Assembly (NCBI GenBank): GCA_965112735.1
Contig: OZ218950.1
Span: 930,001-994,000, forward strand
Direction: 5' to 3'
From: Phaeosaccion multiseriatum
Taxonomy: Eukaryota; Protista; Ochrophyta, other classes
DNA: 64,000 bases
In this document: piece by piece, positions 13,211 through 26,695 of the stretch
Numbering within the stretch: the first letter of the stretch is position 1
Layout: each line of letters opens with the position of its first letter
Position numbers and translations under genes: made by a program
Notes under the pieces: model-generated
Told to the model about the DNA's origin: nothing
What the model saw: the letters and a program-made list of their open reading frames with translations, nothing else
Database searches by the model: none

Positions 13211-13747
13211 CATACGGAGGTGGCTAGCACCTTTCTTTTATTGCCGGACGTTCCCTGGTACTTTGACAAGCAAATTGCGTGTAAGGAGTAAGGAGGAGGG
13301 AATCCCTGCCCAGTTGGAAGGACAGAGCGCATGACATAGAGCACAAATTGTAACAACAAACCGAGAACGCGTTAATGACCTGCTTGTTGTTTCTGCTGCC
13401 GCTGCTGAAGGCCGCCGCCCGTCACCCACTCGCTCACTCTCTCTCAATATCTCTCTCTTCTCGACCACTGAACTCTCCAGTGAAACTTATCGTTACGCTT
13501 GCATCCTCGTACCCCCCCAGCCCACTTCGGCTCTCAGCTATGCTGAATTGCGGCGACGAACAAATCACCTTTTCGTCGTTCGTTTCTCAAGTTCGCTCGT
13601 ACACGGGTCGCGAGGCCAAAGGCCTATGGAATTACAGAGGCCTTCCATGTTTTCCCAAGGGGTTTTCGCAAGAAAAGGAGCCCTTTTCGTCTTGTGTGAG
13701 CGCGAAATGCACACACCACAAAAAGGTTGATCACGACGCCGCCTCCG

Positions 13748-15730
13748 ATGCAGTCCCTGCAAGTGTGGCTCGGTGCTCTGCAGCTGCTGCTTCCCTTTCC
13801 AGCAGTAGCAGCCGCGGCAGCAGCAGCACCAACAAGGGGTACCTTGGCCTCCCTGGAGGCCGACTTACGAGCCGGAGACTGCAAGGCGACGTTGGTGCCC
13901 GGAGCAAGAACCATCGAGACGCCGGTGTTGTGGGACCCTTCGAAGGGCCCGACTCACACGAGAGTGGAGAGGGTCGAGGTGGTGGCGGACGGACAGGGAA
14001 GTGGCGGCACACGAAGGAGACTGGCGCCGGGCTGCGACTTCTCCTCAGTGTTTAACGTGACCTTCTCGCCCAGCCCGGCCCCAGCCGAGGAAGTGAGGCA
14101 GGCAGAGGCGGCCACGGCCGAATCTCTGTGCATGTGGGCGGATGTTTTTGAGCCTGGCCGTGGAAGTCCGATCCGCCTCCGCATAGACCCTGTGGCGGAC
14201 CTGGATGAGCTGGGCGAGACTGCATTGGCGGGCACACGGGTCGACTTTCTCCCCGTCAAGTATTCGTACACTGACGGGAGAAAACTGTATCTGGACAAGA
14301 CCCCGGCACAGCTTCGCTACGGGGGGACCTTCAGCGAGGACGAGATCGGGGAAGAGTTCGACGGCGACATTAAGTTCAATCGATACGTTGACTGGCACTA
14401 CGGAGACGGCACGGATATCGCTTCGAACGAGGTGAGGCCGTCACTCTTGCCTGGCCACGCCATTTGCTGAGCTTCCTATCGGGGCGGAGGGGAAGGAGGG
14501 GGGACACCAAAAGCCCCAGGCGAGAAGTATCGCAAGATCGAGTGAAGGGGGCCAACAGAACAGCTGGCGACTGGCACAGCTGTCTGCTCTGCTGCTGACT
14601 CCTCCCACCCCTCCTCCTCACGCACGCACGCACGCACGCACGTGCCCCACAGTTCGATTTCACGACTGTAATGGCGCACGAGATCGGGCACACGCTGGGC
14701 TTCTACGATCCTTTAAGAGTTTTCGAAAACAATCGAACGGGCGTGCAAAGGGCCTTTTGGACGGAGTACGCGGACAACCAAGTGAGTCAAGGCATAGTGA
14801 GACGGGCGACAGAGAGAGAGGGGGGGGGGGGGGATAGTGAGAAGAAGAGAGGGCGAGAGAGAGGGAGAAAGAGAGGGGGGAAGTGAGAGAGAGAGGAGAG
14901 AAATCATCTAGGAACACTGACACGCTTGAGTTGGTAGAGCTGGTGGGATGGGCCTGTCTTGCTGTTGCTTTCAGCGTGGGCGCTGCTGCTGCTGCTACCT
15001 CCACACCTGTACATGAGGACAGCAAACATCCCTCTACCGACCTTAACTCCCCTCACCGCCCTCTATCTCTCTTTCTCTCTCTCCTCCTCCCCCTCTCTCC
15101 CTCCCCCACCAAGGGAAACCGAGTGACCAATTACCTCGGTTCGTTGTTCACGCTGGCCATGACCAACGGTTCCGCAGGCCTGCTACTCAGTCCCTTTACC
15201 TTTCCAACGTCCCAGCGCAATATCTCCAGTAACGCCATCTTCACAGCCGGCACGCTCTGCATTTTGGACGAGCCGAGTGAGTTCGCTTTCCAAATTTTCT
15301 CTCCCTCTCCTCCTTTGCTTAGGATGACTCACGGTCTTCGCTTCTTAACCCTCTTCTCCCTCCTTCTGCTGCCTTTCGTCCGTCCCTCCACTCCCTCCCT
15401 CGCCCCGCCGCAGCGGACACATGTGTGCCCATCTACACGCCGAGCGTCTACTACGCCGCGTCTTCCATGAGTCACTTCGACGAGTCCTACTTCCCCGCAG
15501 GGAAAGTCAACAGCCTCATGACCCCGGGGGCCACGAAGGCGGAGGTGGTGCGCTGTGTTGGTGCCCTTACACAGAGAGTCTTCGAACGGCTCGGATACAT
15601 CCTGTCTACCGACTGCCGCTCCACTTGCGCCAACCTGCTCACGGGGGAGACAGACGCGCATGCCCCCGAGTGCGAGAGCAGAAGCACCAGTCCTCCCCCT
15701 ACCCCTCCCCCCTCTGCTCCACCCCAGTGA
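13748..15730 (+). CDS. Secreted zinc metalloprotease (HEXXH); exons 13748-14431, 14653-14781, 15114-15276, 15414-~15670; possible further 3' exon to ~16030
   Basis: Hydrophobic signal peptide MQSLQVWLGALQLLLPFPAVAA. Spliced core DIKFNRYVDWHYGDGTDIASNE|FDFTTVMAHEIGHTLGF and later IYTPSVYYAASSMSHFDESYFPAGKVNSLMTPG. Exon phases are consistent. Confidence 0.75.
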
Positions 15731-16788
15731 CACCCTCGGAGGACGTGAGCTGTGCCGGGCTGGGGTGGGTGGCAGCGGTGGCGCCTTCAGCGACGCGGCC
15801 TCGAGCAAGTGCCGGACTCTCTCATCCTTCAGCGTGCGCATGGAGCAATGGCAGATGCGGTCAGTACGGTGGCGCCACTCGCACTCCCACACCTTCCACT
15901 TCACCTCCTACCTCTGCCCTGCCTGCCGTCGTGCCCCCCACGGGAGCTCCCACGTCAAGGGGTGCTTCGAAGTGCCGTCTGCATCGGTGTGAAGAGAGGA
16001 CTCAACTCGGAGGCACCGATCGACAATGAGATTGAGCAGAGCAGAGAGCGGGAGCGTCAGCATGAGCGAAGTCCATCTCCTGAGGGGTTCGAAACTCTTC
16101 GCTCTGCACTCTCACCCTACATGAGTTTCGTTTTTGGTTTAGCTCCGATTTCTTGCGCGCTACTACCGTATGGCAAGCGTTGCATTTCCGTCACGTTGGG
16201 GGTTCTCGTCGGGACACTGGGCGAGCAGCTTCGACGCTACGCCACCTCAGTTTCACTCTTTGAACCTTCCTCTCTGCGTCCACGGCGAATGGGGACAAGG
16301 TCTGAGGAGTGGAAGCTGGATCACCCGCGGAGGCCTCTGGCAATCTGAGGCCTTTCATTTGTTCCCCAGGGGGTCCACCCAAAAAGAGGCCTTGTGGCAT
16401 CTTAAATTCATTGAAGGTGAAGCAAGGGGCTGACGAAAGACCTCATCTCATTCACTGTCTTGTGCCTTCGCTCACGGTCAGCTTATGGCTCTGCCGCCAA
16501 TATCATTTCTACATCCACCACGGAATATGATTAGAGTTTCCTTCCGTGAGGGTCACCCTGTCATCCGGTCGGTCATTCAGCTTCCCCCGCTACTGACCGC
16601 TGCGAAACGGAGGGTGTGTTCAGGAAGAGGAACGAAGTGAAACAGTGACATTAGAAGACACAGAGAGGGAGAGACAGAGAGGGAGGGAGAGACAAAGCGC
16701 GGGCCAGAGGGGGTGGAGGCTGCGAAGGAGGCGTGGCATATGACGATCGAGAGGGTGGGGCGCTGCGTGCTGTCAAAGGGGCTGTGGA

Positions 16789-16845
16789 CTTGGTGTCAGG
16801 TACTTGGTGTCAGGACTTGGTGTCAGGACAGAGGGTGTCAGGACC
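16789..16845. repeat. 13-14-bp tandem repeat (cttggtgtcagg[t]a) in the 3' flank of protease copy A
   Basis: 3-4 copies; an expanded homologue lies at 25398-25520. Confidence 0.8.
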
Positions 16846-16854
16846 CTACAAGAG

Positions 16855-17741
16855 TCACTCACTCGAACCTCCTACTGAGGCTGCGGCTGGGGGCTGGGCT
16901 GGGGTAGGACTGCAGGCGTGGTCGATGCGCTGCCAATCCTGCCCCACCCTTCGCAGCTCCACCGTCGGCCAATAGAAGTACTCCGTACGGAGAGAGAACA
17001 TCTGCGCTCAGGCACACATACAGGCACACACCACATCACAGTGGGGTAAGGCAGAGACCGGCAGGGAAGGATAAGGTAGGGTGGGGTAGGGTAGGGTAGC
17101 CCTAATAGAGTTCGCGGCATTCTAGTTTGCGCGCACCCACGCACGCACGCACACACGCACCTTCGACTTTGAGGTCAAGTCCACTGTCTTCACGCGCACT
17201 GCCTGGCGGTCCGAGAGGGTCCGAACGGCTTCAATCTAGAGGCGTATGGGGAGAGAGACACAGAGAGGGAGGGAGGGTGTGGGGCCGGGGAGGAGAGAAG
17301 GAGAAGGAGGAGAGAAGGATACGGAGAGGGGACATTCGGAGAGAGACAGGGAGACGAGTATGTAGAATGCAATAGGAAAGGCGCGGTCGGGTGTGTATCT
17401 GGGCCTACACCCCCTCCTCCCCCCCCCTTCCAACAAAGGGTCAGTGACTTTTAGGAGCAGAGCTCACCCACCATCCCCCTCATTGCCACAGATGACACCC
17501 CCGCAGGGCAAGCGCTTTCTGCTGTCCAATCGAGGGACTGTCAAGCGCTTGACATATCGCTCGCCTTGAAGCCTTAGCCTTACCATGGCATCAAGCGTGG
17601 GAGTGGGCTTGTCGTTGACTTGCGTAATCCACATGGACGCTCGGAGTGAGTACTGCTCAGCCGGTGACCCGGAGGACCTTTGTCAAGTAGAGGAGTATGG
17701 GCAGGAAGGGGGGTGTGCCTAAGCTTCCACGCGACATGGTC

Positions 17742-17781
<40 letters not shown>

Positions 17782-17838
17782 TCCTTCTTCTCCTCCTCCT
17801 CTACCCCCTCCTCCTCCTCCTCCTCCTCCTCCTCCTCC

Positions 17839-17871
<33 letters not shown>

Positions 17872-19942
17872 CCATAACACATCAATGAAGCAATCAATCA
17901 CCACCCGCTTACCATCGAGAAACGTAAACACCGTGCTGCTGTTGTTGCTCACCGCCCTCCTGCCCCGGTGTGGAGGTAGTACCGGGCAGATATCCCCTCC
18001 ACGCCACTGCCAAATGCGGCTCTTGCAGGTAGAGACCGCACCACATGAGCGGCGGGTGCCCACAGTACTCAGCACGTCCGGCTGGACCTTCATCACGAGA
18101 GGCGTATGGGTGGAGCAGAAGGAGTGTTGGAAGCGGTGAAGGAGGAGGAGGGCGAGAGGGAAGGAGATTAGAAGCATAGGGGGGTTGGGGTAACGTCAAG
18201 ACTCTCGCAAAGGCCTCTGCCTCCCTCCGTATCTGCCTCTTTACCTGCAGCGTGAGTTCCTGCTGCTTCCTCAGCACCGTCATGGCCACCGTACCGCCCT
18301 CCCCCCTGTGCGCTGCCATCGCCTTCTCCACCCCGCGCTCCACGTCCTTGCATAGGGTCACAGGTTGCCCATCCACGGCGAGCACGACGTCGCCAGTCTC
18401 CAAGCTCTTGGCCGTGTTGGACTTGGCCAAGCAGCGCCGCACCATGAGCACCTGAAGTGCACGTCGGGAGGAGGTTAGAGGCGTATGGCACGAGAAAAAA
18501 TGTGAATCTGAAACCACCGCTCTGCACACTCACGTGCTGGCCTCCCCCACTGCTCTGCCTACATTTGATCTTGATCTTCTTGACCCACTTGGCGCTGAGG
18601 CCCATCGTTGCACATACTGTTCCGAGCGAGACGGTCACCTGAAGGGGAAGCAGGGCAAGGTAGGGGGGGGAGAAAGGGGAGGAGGAATGCGAGTCGGGAG
18701 GTTGGGCCACCGTTCAGAGACGGGCGTACTCGCTTCTTCGTCGATCGCTCCCTCTCTTCCTCCCTCTCTCTCCGCTCCTCTCCCCCCTCACCAGCTGTGC
18801 AGCGCAATAGGTGACGAGCGCCAGCCCCTCCTCCGGCGCTTCTCTCGCCTGGGCACTTCCTCGTCCTTCTGAATCACCAACGGCCATAGCTGGTACTTTC
18901 AAGGCGTCAAGCTCCTGCCTCAGCCGTGCCAGCACACGCCCCACAATCACCGCGGGCAAGCCTTTGTACACCTGCGTCCTCACCACCGCGTCTGGATCGG
19001 CGGTGGCCGAACCGCCAAAGAAGCCGAGCCACAGAGCCGCTACCTTGGGCATTTTGGGTGTACACCGCGCCTGCCAGGGAGAGGGAGGGAGGGAGGGAGG
19101 GAGGGAGGGAGGGAGGGAGGCAGGCAGGGAGAGAGGGAGGGAGGGACGGAGGGAGGGAGGGAAGGAAGGAAGGAAAGAGTCAATCTGCCGTGCGCCTTAC
19201 TCCTTGTCGCACTGTTGTCGTCCTAGAGACAGAGCCGGTCACACCCGCACCCACCCACACGCACACGCCCACACACACTCACCTTGTCTGACAGGGCGTC
19301 TGACGTTCGGCTCTTCTTGGCCGGGGCTGTCCTTGTAGGCGCTGTCTTGTCGCTCCTTCCTTCCCTCGCGTCGTCTTCCTTCAGCACGAAGACCCCTCCG
19401 AAGCACTTCCCCACGAGATCGAAATCAAGAACCTATCGTAGTTAAAAGACAAACGGATGGAGTGGAAAAGAGCAAGAGCAAGGCAGATGCATGAGCGGGA
19501 CTTGGCGACGATTGCAGCCTTGTATTCGAATCAAACCAAGTCAAAAGAAGAGTCGTGATTCTCCCCTTCCTCCCCCGCCTGCCTCGTGTATACCCACCTC
19601 AACGTTGAAGGCCGTGAAGCGTGGGGGACTGCAGTCGTTCAAGTGCAAGTGCTCCACCGTTCGCACCTTAGGACGCTGGAGGACCTCTGTCTGATGGGAG
19701 CCAAGGGAGGTGAGAGGTGGAGGGAATAACACACATGAGCGAAAGAGAGGGGGGGGGGTGCGCCTCCTTCCCTTCCTTCCCTTTCGCCCTCCTTCCCTCT
19801 TCTCCTCCCCCCCTTTCTCCGATTTTAGTGACTACACGTGCCTCACCAAGGCGTAGCTCAGCCCCAGGAAGTCAAGCTGCAGCCCCACGGGCAAGTCGTC
19901 GTGCTCAAGCAGAGAGGCCTCCCGCACATCCGCAGACGAGGC

Positions 19943-19992
<50 letters not shown>

Positions 19993-22900
19993 ATCGCATG
20001 GACGGGCACGTGTGGCGCGGTACGAAGAAGCCCACAGGGGTGTGGGGGTGGGTGGTGTAAGGGCGGTCATTGACTCCACTCACTCACGCACTCACTGACT
20101 CACTCACTCACTGATGACTGACTCGCTCACTCACTCACCCAGTCCCTCACTCACTCACTCACTCACTCACTCACTCACTCACTCACTCACTCACTCACCC
20201 ACCCACCCACTCCCCTTTGCCTCTACCCCCACTCACGAGTCAGGATCGTACTGGAGGATGCAAAAGTTGTGCACTGGGTGGAAGTACAGCGGCTTGGCAG
20301 GCACCTCCAGCACCCCGTTGAAGGTGATGCGAGCGTCGCCCAAGGCGATAGGTACGGTGTTTCGATCCACCACCACCAGGCCACGTTGGGTGTCCACGAC
20401 GATACCCAACCCGTGTTGGCTGTGTTCGGTGATGCCGTCCAGCAAGAAAGGAGTGTCGAAGGAAACGGCTACCATGCTCTTGCGGATGTGAAGATTCTCC
20501 TTCATACAAGCTTCTCGTGCTGCTCTTTCCTCCACATAGGCTGCTCGTACTGCTCTTCGTGCTACTCTTTCACACCCGTCTCTACCTTCCTCGCCCTCCT
20601 CCTCCTCCTCCTCCTCCTCCTCCTCCTCCTCCTCCTCCTCCTCCTCCTCCTCCTCCCCCTCCTCCTCCTGCCCCTCCCCCTCCTCCTCCACAGTTGGTGA
20701 TACAGGAGAAGGCAGAGGCGGTAGGGCGCTGGGAACAGGGTGCCACAGGCCGGTGGCCTCGTCCAAAACGCGGCGCTGCATCGGAAACCAACGCCTGTCC
20801 ACCGTGATGGGTGTAGTCCGAGGTCTTTCGAGCGACAAGGGTATCGGGGCAGAGCAAACGTGCAAGGGTGCGATTGAAGCACAAGAGTACTGAGCAAAGA
20901 GGGAGAGAAAAGCAAGGAGCGCAGCTTTGGGCACTCGATTCGCTCACCCTCTTCAAGCCTGGAAAAATGAAAAGCACAAAACAGGCAGGCGGGGCGAAAG
21001 TCACAAAGACCAAGACATGTCGGCCGTGGGAGACAGACAGGCCGATAGGGAGGCAAGCAGAGATGGGTAGACCGGTAGGCAGACAGGCATATGGGCAGAC
21101 AGGCATACGGGCTAGTAGTACCTGTGTCGGTCGGAGAGGGGCACGTAGAGCAGCGACAGACGCGTGCCGTCGGGGTGCTTGACGAGGGCCCTCTCGAAAG
21201 AGTCCAGGTCGGGGGTGGGGTCCTTGCCCAGCGAGGTGATGAGGCTGACACAGGCATATGGGTGGGAGGAGGGAGACGGGGGTGCGGGTACAGATGTCAT
21301 GGGATGAGAGGGAAGGGCCTTTCGGACGGGAGCCAGACCCCTCCGGCCTCCCCTCCCCTCCCCCTCCCCTCCCCTCCCCTCCCCTCCCCTCCCCTCCCCT
21401 CCCCTCCCCTCCCCTCCCCTCCCCTCCCCTCCCCTCCGGCCTCCCCTCCCCTCCCCCTCCCCTCCCCTCCCCTCCCCTCCCCTCCCCTCACCTCCCCTCC
21501 CCTCCCCTCCCCTCCCCTCGCCTCCCCTCGCCTTGCCTCCTCCTTTCCCCCTCACCAGTGGCACGTGGGCTCCACTCTCGCGAGCATATACCCGTTCAGC
21601 GCAATGAAGACGCTTCCTACGGGCATGTGGTAGTTCTTGGCCATTTGGTACGACAGAGGATGCACAATGCCAGCGCTCACCTGAGAAGAGCACATACAGA
21701 GGCACAGAGACACATAAAGAGTGAGAGGAGATTGAGGGTGAGCATGAGAGAGAGAGAGAGCGTGAGGGTGGTGCACTGGCTGGCGTATATGTCGCTTCGG
21801 AAACTCTCTGTATCTGAGCCCCATCGCGTACGTGGCGTGATGTGGTGGGCTCCATGACTCGCACGCACCAACACACACGTACTCGCACACACATACGCAC
21901 CTCCAAGAAGCAGCTGGGTGTGATGGAGTGCAGGCACTTGACGGTCATCGTCTTCGTCGCCGTCGTTCCCCCTCTTTGGACCTGCAGATGCATGGGCACA
22001 AGCACACACATACCAAGGCACAAGCAGGGGTGAGGCAGTCAGGCAGTATCCTCCAAACCAAACCATATGCCTCCCACATCATACACTTGACTAAAACTCG
22101 ACGCTGTCTAGGGTACCCCTTGTAGAGACCGCGCATCAATCCCGTACATTATGTACTTCCATAGCGAAAGGCTTTCGATGCTCCCTCAGCCAATGTGCTT
22201 GTGAATGACGGACTGACTGGTTGATTGATGACCTACCCACCTGCAGCTGAATCTCTTTGCCGACGTTGTCATCGAATGTCTCTCCAAGCGGCAGGAAGGC
22301 CGTCACCACGCTCTCACCGACGCGAAGAACCACATCCCCAGGCTCCAGCACGCCGTCGCCAGGCCCCCCTGTGTACGCATGTAATGTCCCACATTGAAGT
22401 GAGTGAGCGCATGGATATTCAGAGAGCAGTGGCGAAGGGCGATTGGTCGTGTGTGAGTGCGAGGCTTGTTTAGGGCTGGGCCCATCAGTCTCCTTGCACC
22501 TTGCAAGATGGGTGGGTTCTCACCCCCGTCTCTCTACTCGGCCGTTGGGGCGAGCAATGCCTGAGCAATGCCTGAGCACTGCCTGAGCACTGCCTGAGCC
22601 CCACCTCACCTGGGACCACTTGGTCGACGATGAGCATGCCTGTCTCCGAGGGGAGAAGAGAGCGGACCTCCGCCTCGATGGTGGGGGGCAAGCCCAACCG
22701 CCGCACCTGATCAAGTGCAGCAGGGAGTGGCGGTGTAACAGTTGGTGGTACGACAGAAGCGAGGGATCGAGGGGAGCGCTATCAGCTGAATAGGATAGAG
22801 TATGATAGGAAAGAGAGGAGTGATGAAGATGGCAGCGATAAAATAGAAACTGGAGATACGGACAGGGAGACACAAAAACAAAGAGAGGGCGACAAAGGGG

Positions 22901-24713
22901 ATGGAGAAATGGGAGAGACATCGAGGGACGAGACAAAGCGCGAGACAGCTTTGGGCCATGGCCACGTGGGAAGGTGCGAAGGTATGGAGACAGTAAAGGC
23001 ATGCATCGAAAAGGAAGGGAGGGAGGCCTACCTCGTCAAATGCGGCGTGCCTGAACACCGTCATGAGTGTCCCCCGCGGCACAGGGACGCCCCTCTGCAG
23101 CAGACCCAGCGCCCGCTTCACCCGATGCAGGGGCAGGAAGAAGCTCGACACTGCTTTCCTGGAAGCACCGCAATGGAGAGCCACGGCCTTACCCTCGATG
23201 CTGAGGATGGGGCTTCCGCTGCTGCCCCCGCTGCAGCCGCTCGCCGCTGCGATATAGAAGGTGTTAAAGTCGCTGTACGTTGTAGCGCCATAGTTCGGGG
23301 CGTCTCTGTCCACTCGCGCCAAGATCCCGGGGAGGATGCTTCGTTTCAAGTTGGTGTAGGGAGTAGGGAAGGCAAGAAAATGAGAAGACGGAGAAAACAC
23401 GACAGAGCCATGGAGTAGCAGCAGCAGCAGCAGCAGCAGAAGTTGGTGATACAGAGTGAGTCGCCCGCCTGAGCCCTAAGCCGCACGCTCCCCACCACAC
23501 GTCCCTCTCCCTACATACTCCGACAGCGAATTGAGAAGGAAGGCAGGAAGGAGGGAAGGAAGGAAGGAAGGAAGGAAGGAAGCAAGCAAGCAAGAAAGCA
23601 TGAGAGCAGCACCACCACGGTATGCCTTTATGTGGCGCTGTCTGGGTTGTGTGTACGCGTACCTGAGCTTCTCCCCATTGTCGTTGCCGACAACGCGGAT
23701 GTCCAGGCCCACCTTGGCCCCCTCGGGATCGAGCTCAATCTCCTCCACCGCCATGAACCGCACCGCCTGTACAGGTATATTGGGGGGGGGGAAGGATGGC
23801 AGTGGACGGGAGGGAGGGAATGGGGGGGGGGGGGGGGGATGGGAGGGAGTAGGGGGACGGAAGGAGTGGAAGGAAGAATACCTTTTTGGCAAAGGCGAGC
23901 GAGAATTGCACAGTGCACACAACTACAGGTGTGTATGTTGAAAGGACTAATGTGAAGAACGTCACACAACAAGTGTGTATGTTGAAAGGACTAATGTGAA
24001 GAACGTCACACAACAAGTGTGTATGTTGAAAGGACTAATGTGAAGAAAGTGTACTTGCAGCTCTGCTGCTGGCCTACCTTAGGGTCGAACTGATAGAAGC
24101 CAAAGTCGTGCACGGGATCCCTGTAAATGGCCTTAAGGTCCAGCTCCTCCTTGTTCTCGAAGATCGCATCCGCTACGACAGGCCCTGGCGGCGGGGAAGC
24201 AGATGGTCCATGATGTAGATCGAAAGGGGGGGATGATGATTGAAAAAAAAAAAATGAGGCACCCCCAGAGAGCCGGAAGGGAGAGAGAGAAGAAAGGAGA
24301 TGGTGAAGGGAGAGGGATAGAGGGAATATTCCGAAAGGCTCGACTGAGAGGATACGATAAGACGACGAAAGGGGGGGAAGCATCTTACCTGGAGTGACGA
24401 TGTGCCTATTCGTCAGCACAATGCCCCTCTCCTTGTCCACGATGAAGCCCGTGGCGAAGTTGTACGTCGCTTGCTCACCGTCAAAGCTTCTCACAGAGCA
24501 CAAGCGGATAACCACGATGGAAGGGATGGCCTTCTCAAGACAATGGCGCCACCTCCGAGCGTTTGTACCGTCCCCCACCCCCTCCGCGATGACGGTATCC
24601 AGCACTGTCGCTGATGTTGCAGGTGTGACAGGAAGGGGTGGAGCTTCTTCCACTCCAGACGCATCTACTGTTCCTCCCCCAGACGATCCCTCCCTCGCCG
24701 GCTCTTGCTCCAT
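16855..24713 (-). CDS. NMA111: Nma111/DEG7-like HtrA serine protease (protease-PDZ-PDZ duplicated), tandem copy A, roughly 20 exons
   Basis: Catalytic triad motifs LTNRHIV (His), [10 protein letters not shown] (Asp) and [13 protein letters not shown] (Ser); [12 protein letters not shown]; second degenerate protease domain [21 protein letters not shown]...HPVHNF; C-terminus [15 protein letters not shown]; stop at 16855-16857. Confidence 0.9.
21349..21535. repeat. (CCCCT)n microsatellite, intronic in protease copy A
   Basis: Pentanucleotide run seen directly. Confidence 0.95.
23929..24047. repeat. 44-bp tandem repeat x~2.7, intronic, copy A only
   Basis: gtgtatgttgaaaggactaatgtgaagaacgtcacacaacaagt starts at 23931, 23975 and 24019; absent from the paralogous intron of copy B. 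Confidence 0.9.
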
Positions 24714-25397
24714 GACTACAGCTGTTTTCTCCCTTCTGCGTGTCGCCCGCTTTCTCCCCCCCTTCCCTCTTATCAATCACAAGCTAGCGCGGGAATCAAC
24801 ACGCCCTGTGCATCGTGATCTGTGCCTGTGCGGATACAATTAAAATTAACGTGTGGCTGAAGTGAACGTGTTGGTGGAATGGAATCGCCATTTGGGGGCA
24901 AGCCGTGGTGCTTTCGGTCGGCGATCGCGATCGCTACATGTATCCCACTCTCTATCCCCCCACAGTAATTGTTCTTTTGGTATTTGTTCTCTTCCTCTGT
25001 CCCCCACAATATGATGTCCTGCTGCTGCCGCAATAACATTAAGGAATGACCCCTTCACCCCTTCACACCATTCTACTGTCTTGCGCCTCCTCCCTCGCAA
25101 GGTAATTCCTACTAAGTCAACCAAACCTACTAAAGTCAAAAAATTCTTGCCCTCCCTCGGCCAGATAAAGCCTCTACCGCTCCTATTCTATACAAATCCG
25201 CCATGGAAGAGCGCTTCATTCCGTGAGGGGCATTCCGTGGTAGTCCGGTCACCCGTCGGTCATTCACCACCAACCGAGCTTCCCCCGGTGCTGGCCGCTG
25301 CGAAACGGAGGGCGTGTTCGGGACAAGAGAGCGTGAGAGGACGAAGTGAATTTGGTGAGATCGGAAACGACGGGAGAGGGGGGGGGGGCGCCTGACG

Positions 25398-25520
25398 ACT
25401 TGGTGTCACTTGGTGTCAGGTACTTGGTGTCAGGTACTTGGCGTCAGGTACTTGGTGTCAGGACTTGGTGTCAGGACTTGGTGTCAGATGCTTGGTGTCA
25501 GGACAGAGGGTGTCAGGACT
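25398..25520. repeat. 13-14-bp tandem repeat (cttggtgtcagg[t]a) x~8 in the 3' flank of protease copy B
   Basis: Seen directly; homologous to 16789-16845. Confidence 0.85.
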
Positions 25521-25529
25521 CGACAAGAG

Positions 25530-25870
25530 TCACTCACTCGTACCTGTGCCTGCTCTGGTAGGGGCCGCCTGGGCTGGGGTAGGACTGCAGGCGTGGTCGA
25601 TGCGCTGCCACTCCTGCCCCACCCTTCGCAGCTCCAGCGTCGGCCAATAGAAGTACTCCGTACGGAGAGAGAACATCTGCGCTCAGGCACACATACAGGC
25701 ACACACCACATCAGGATGGGGTAGGGGGACAGGTGATGGGGCTGAGGAGGGTACGTGGAGGAGAGAGGGTCCCCCTCAAGATACACCAACAGTGAGGTGT
25801 AAGGTATGAGAGAGGGAGACCAACTTGACTCTTATTCTAGTTTGTGGTATGCTATTTTGCACGTACAGTA

Positions 25871-25910
<40 letters not shown>

Positions 25911-26435
25911 CGTACGCACACATCCTCACCTTCGATTTTGTGTTCAAATCCAATGTCTTGAGACGCACTGCCTGGTGATCCGAGAGGGTTCGAATCACAT
26001 CGATCTAGAGGGGTACGGGGAGGAAGGAGAGAGAGGGAAGAGAGGACAGGGGAATAAATAGAGGGACGAGAGAGGGAGAGACTTTGAGCATTCATGCAAA
26101 TATGTTTGTAAAGTATCCCCTTTCCTCCACCCTCTCTCTCTCCCGAGCGGCGCATCGCTTTCTGCTCTTTAATCGAGCGACTGTCAAGCGCTTGACGTAT
26201 CGCTCGCCTTGAAGTCTTAGCCTTACCATGGCATCAAGCGTGGGAGTGGGCTTGTCGTTGACATGCGTAATCCAAATGGTCGCTCTCAGGCCGTACTTGT
26301 GGGAGGGTGACCCGAAGGACCTTCGCAAAGTACAGGCATATGGGTGGGGAGAGGCGAGTGGTTACAGAGAAGCAAAGTCCGGCCGAGCTACAATTGGAAC
26401 CCGCTTCCAGCCGGTGGAAGAGTGTCACCACCACC

Positions 26436-26469
<34 letters not shown>

Positions 26470-26511
26470 TCATCACCACCATCATCACCATCATCAATCA
26501 TCATCACCATC

Positions 26512-26588
<77 letters not shown>

Positions 26589-26663
26589 CATCAATCATCA
26601 TCATCACCATCATCATCATCACCATCATCATCATCCGCTTACCATCGAGAGACATAAACACCG

Positions 26664-26695
<32 letters not shown>

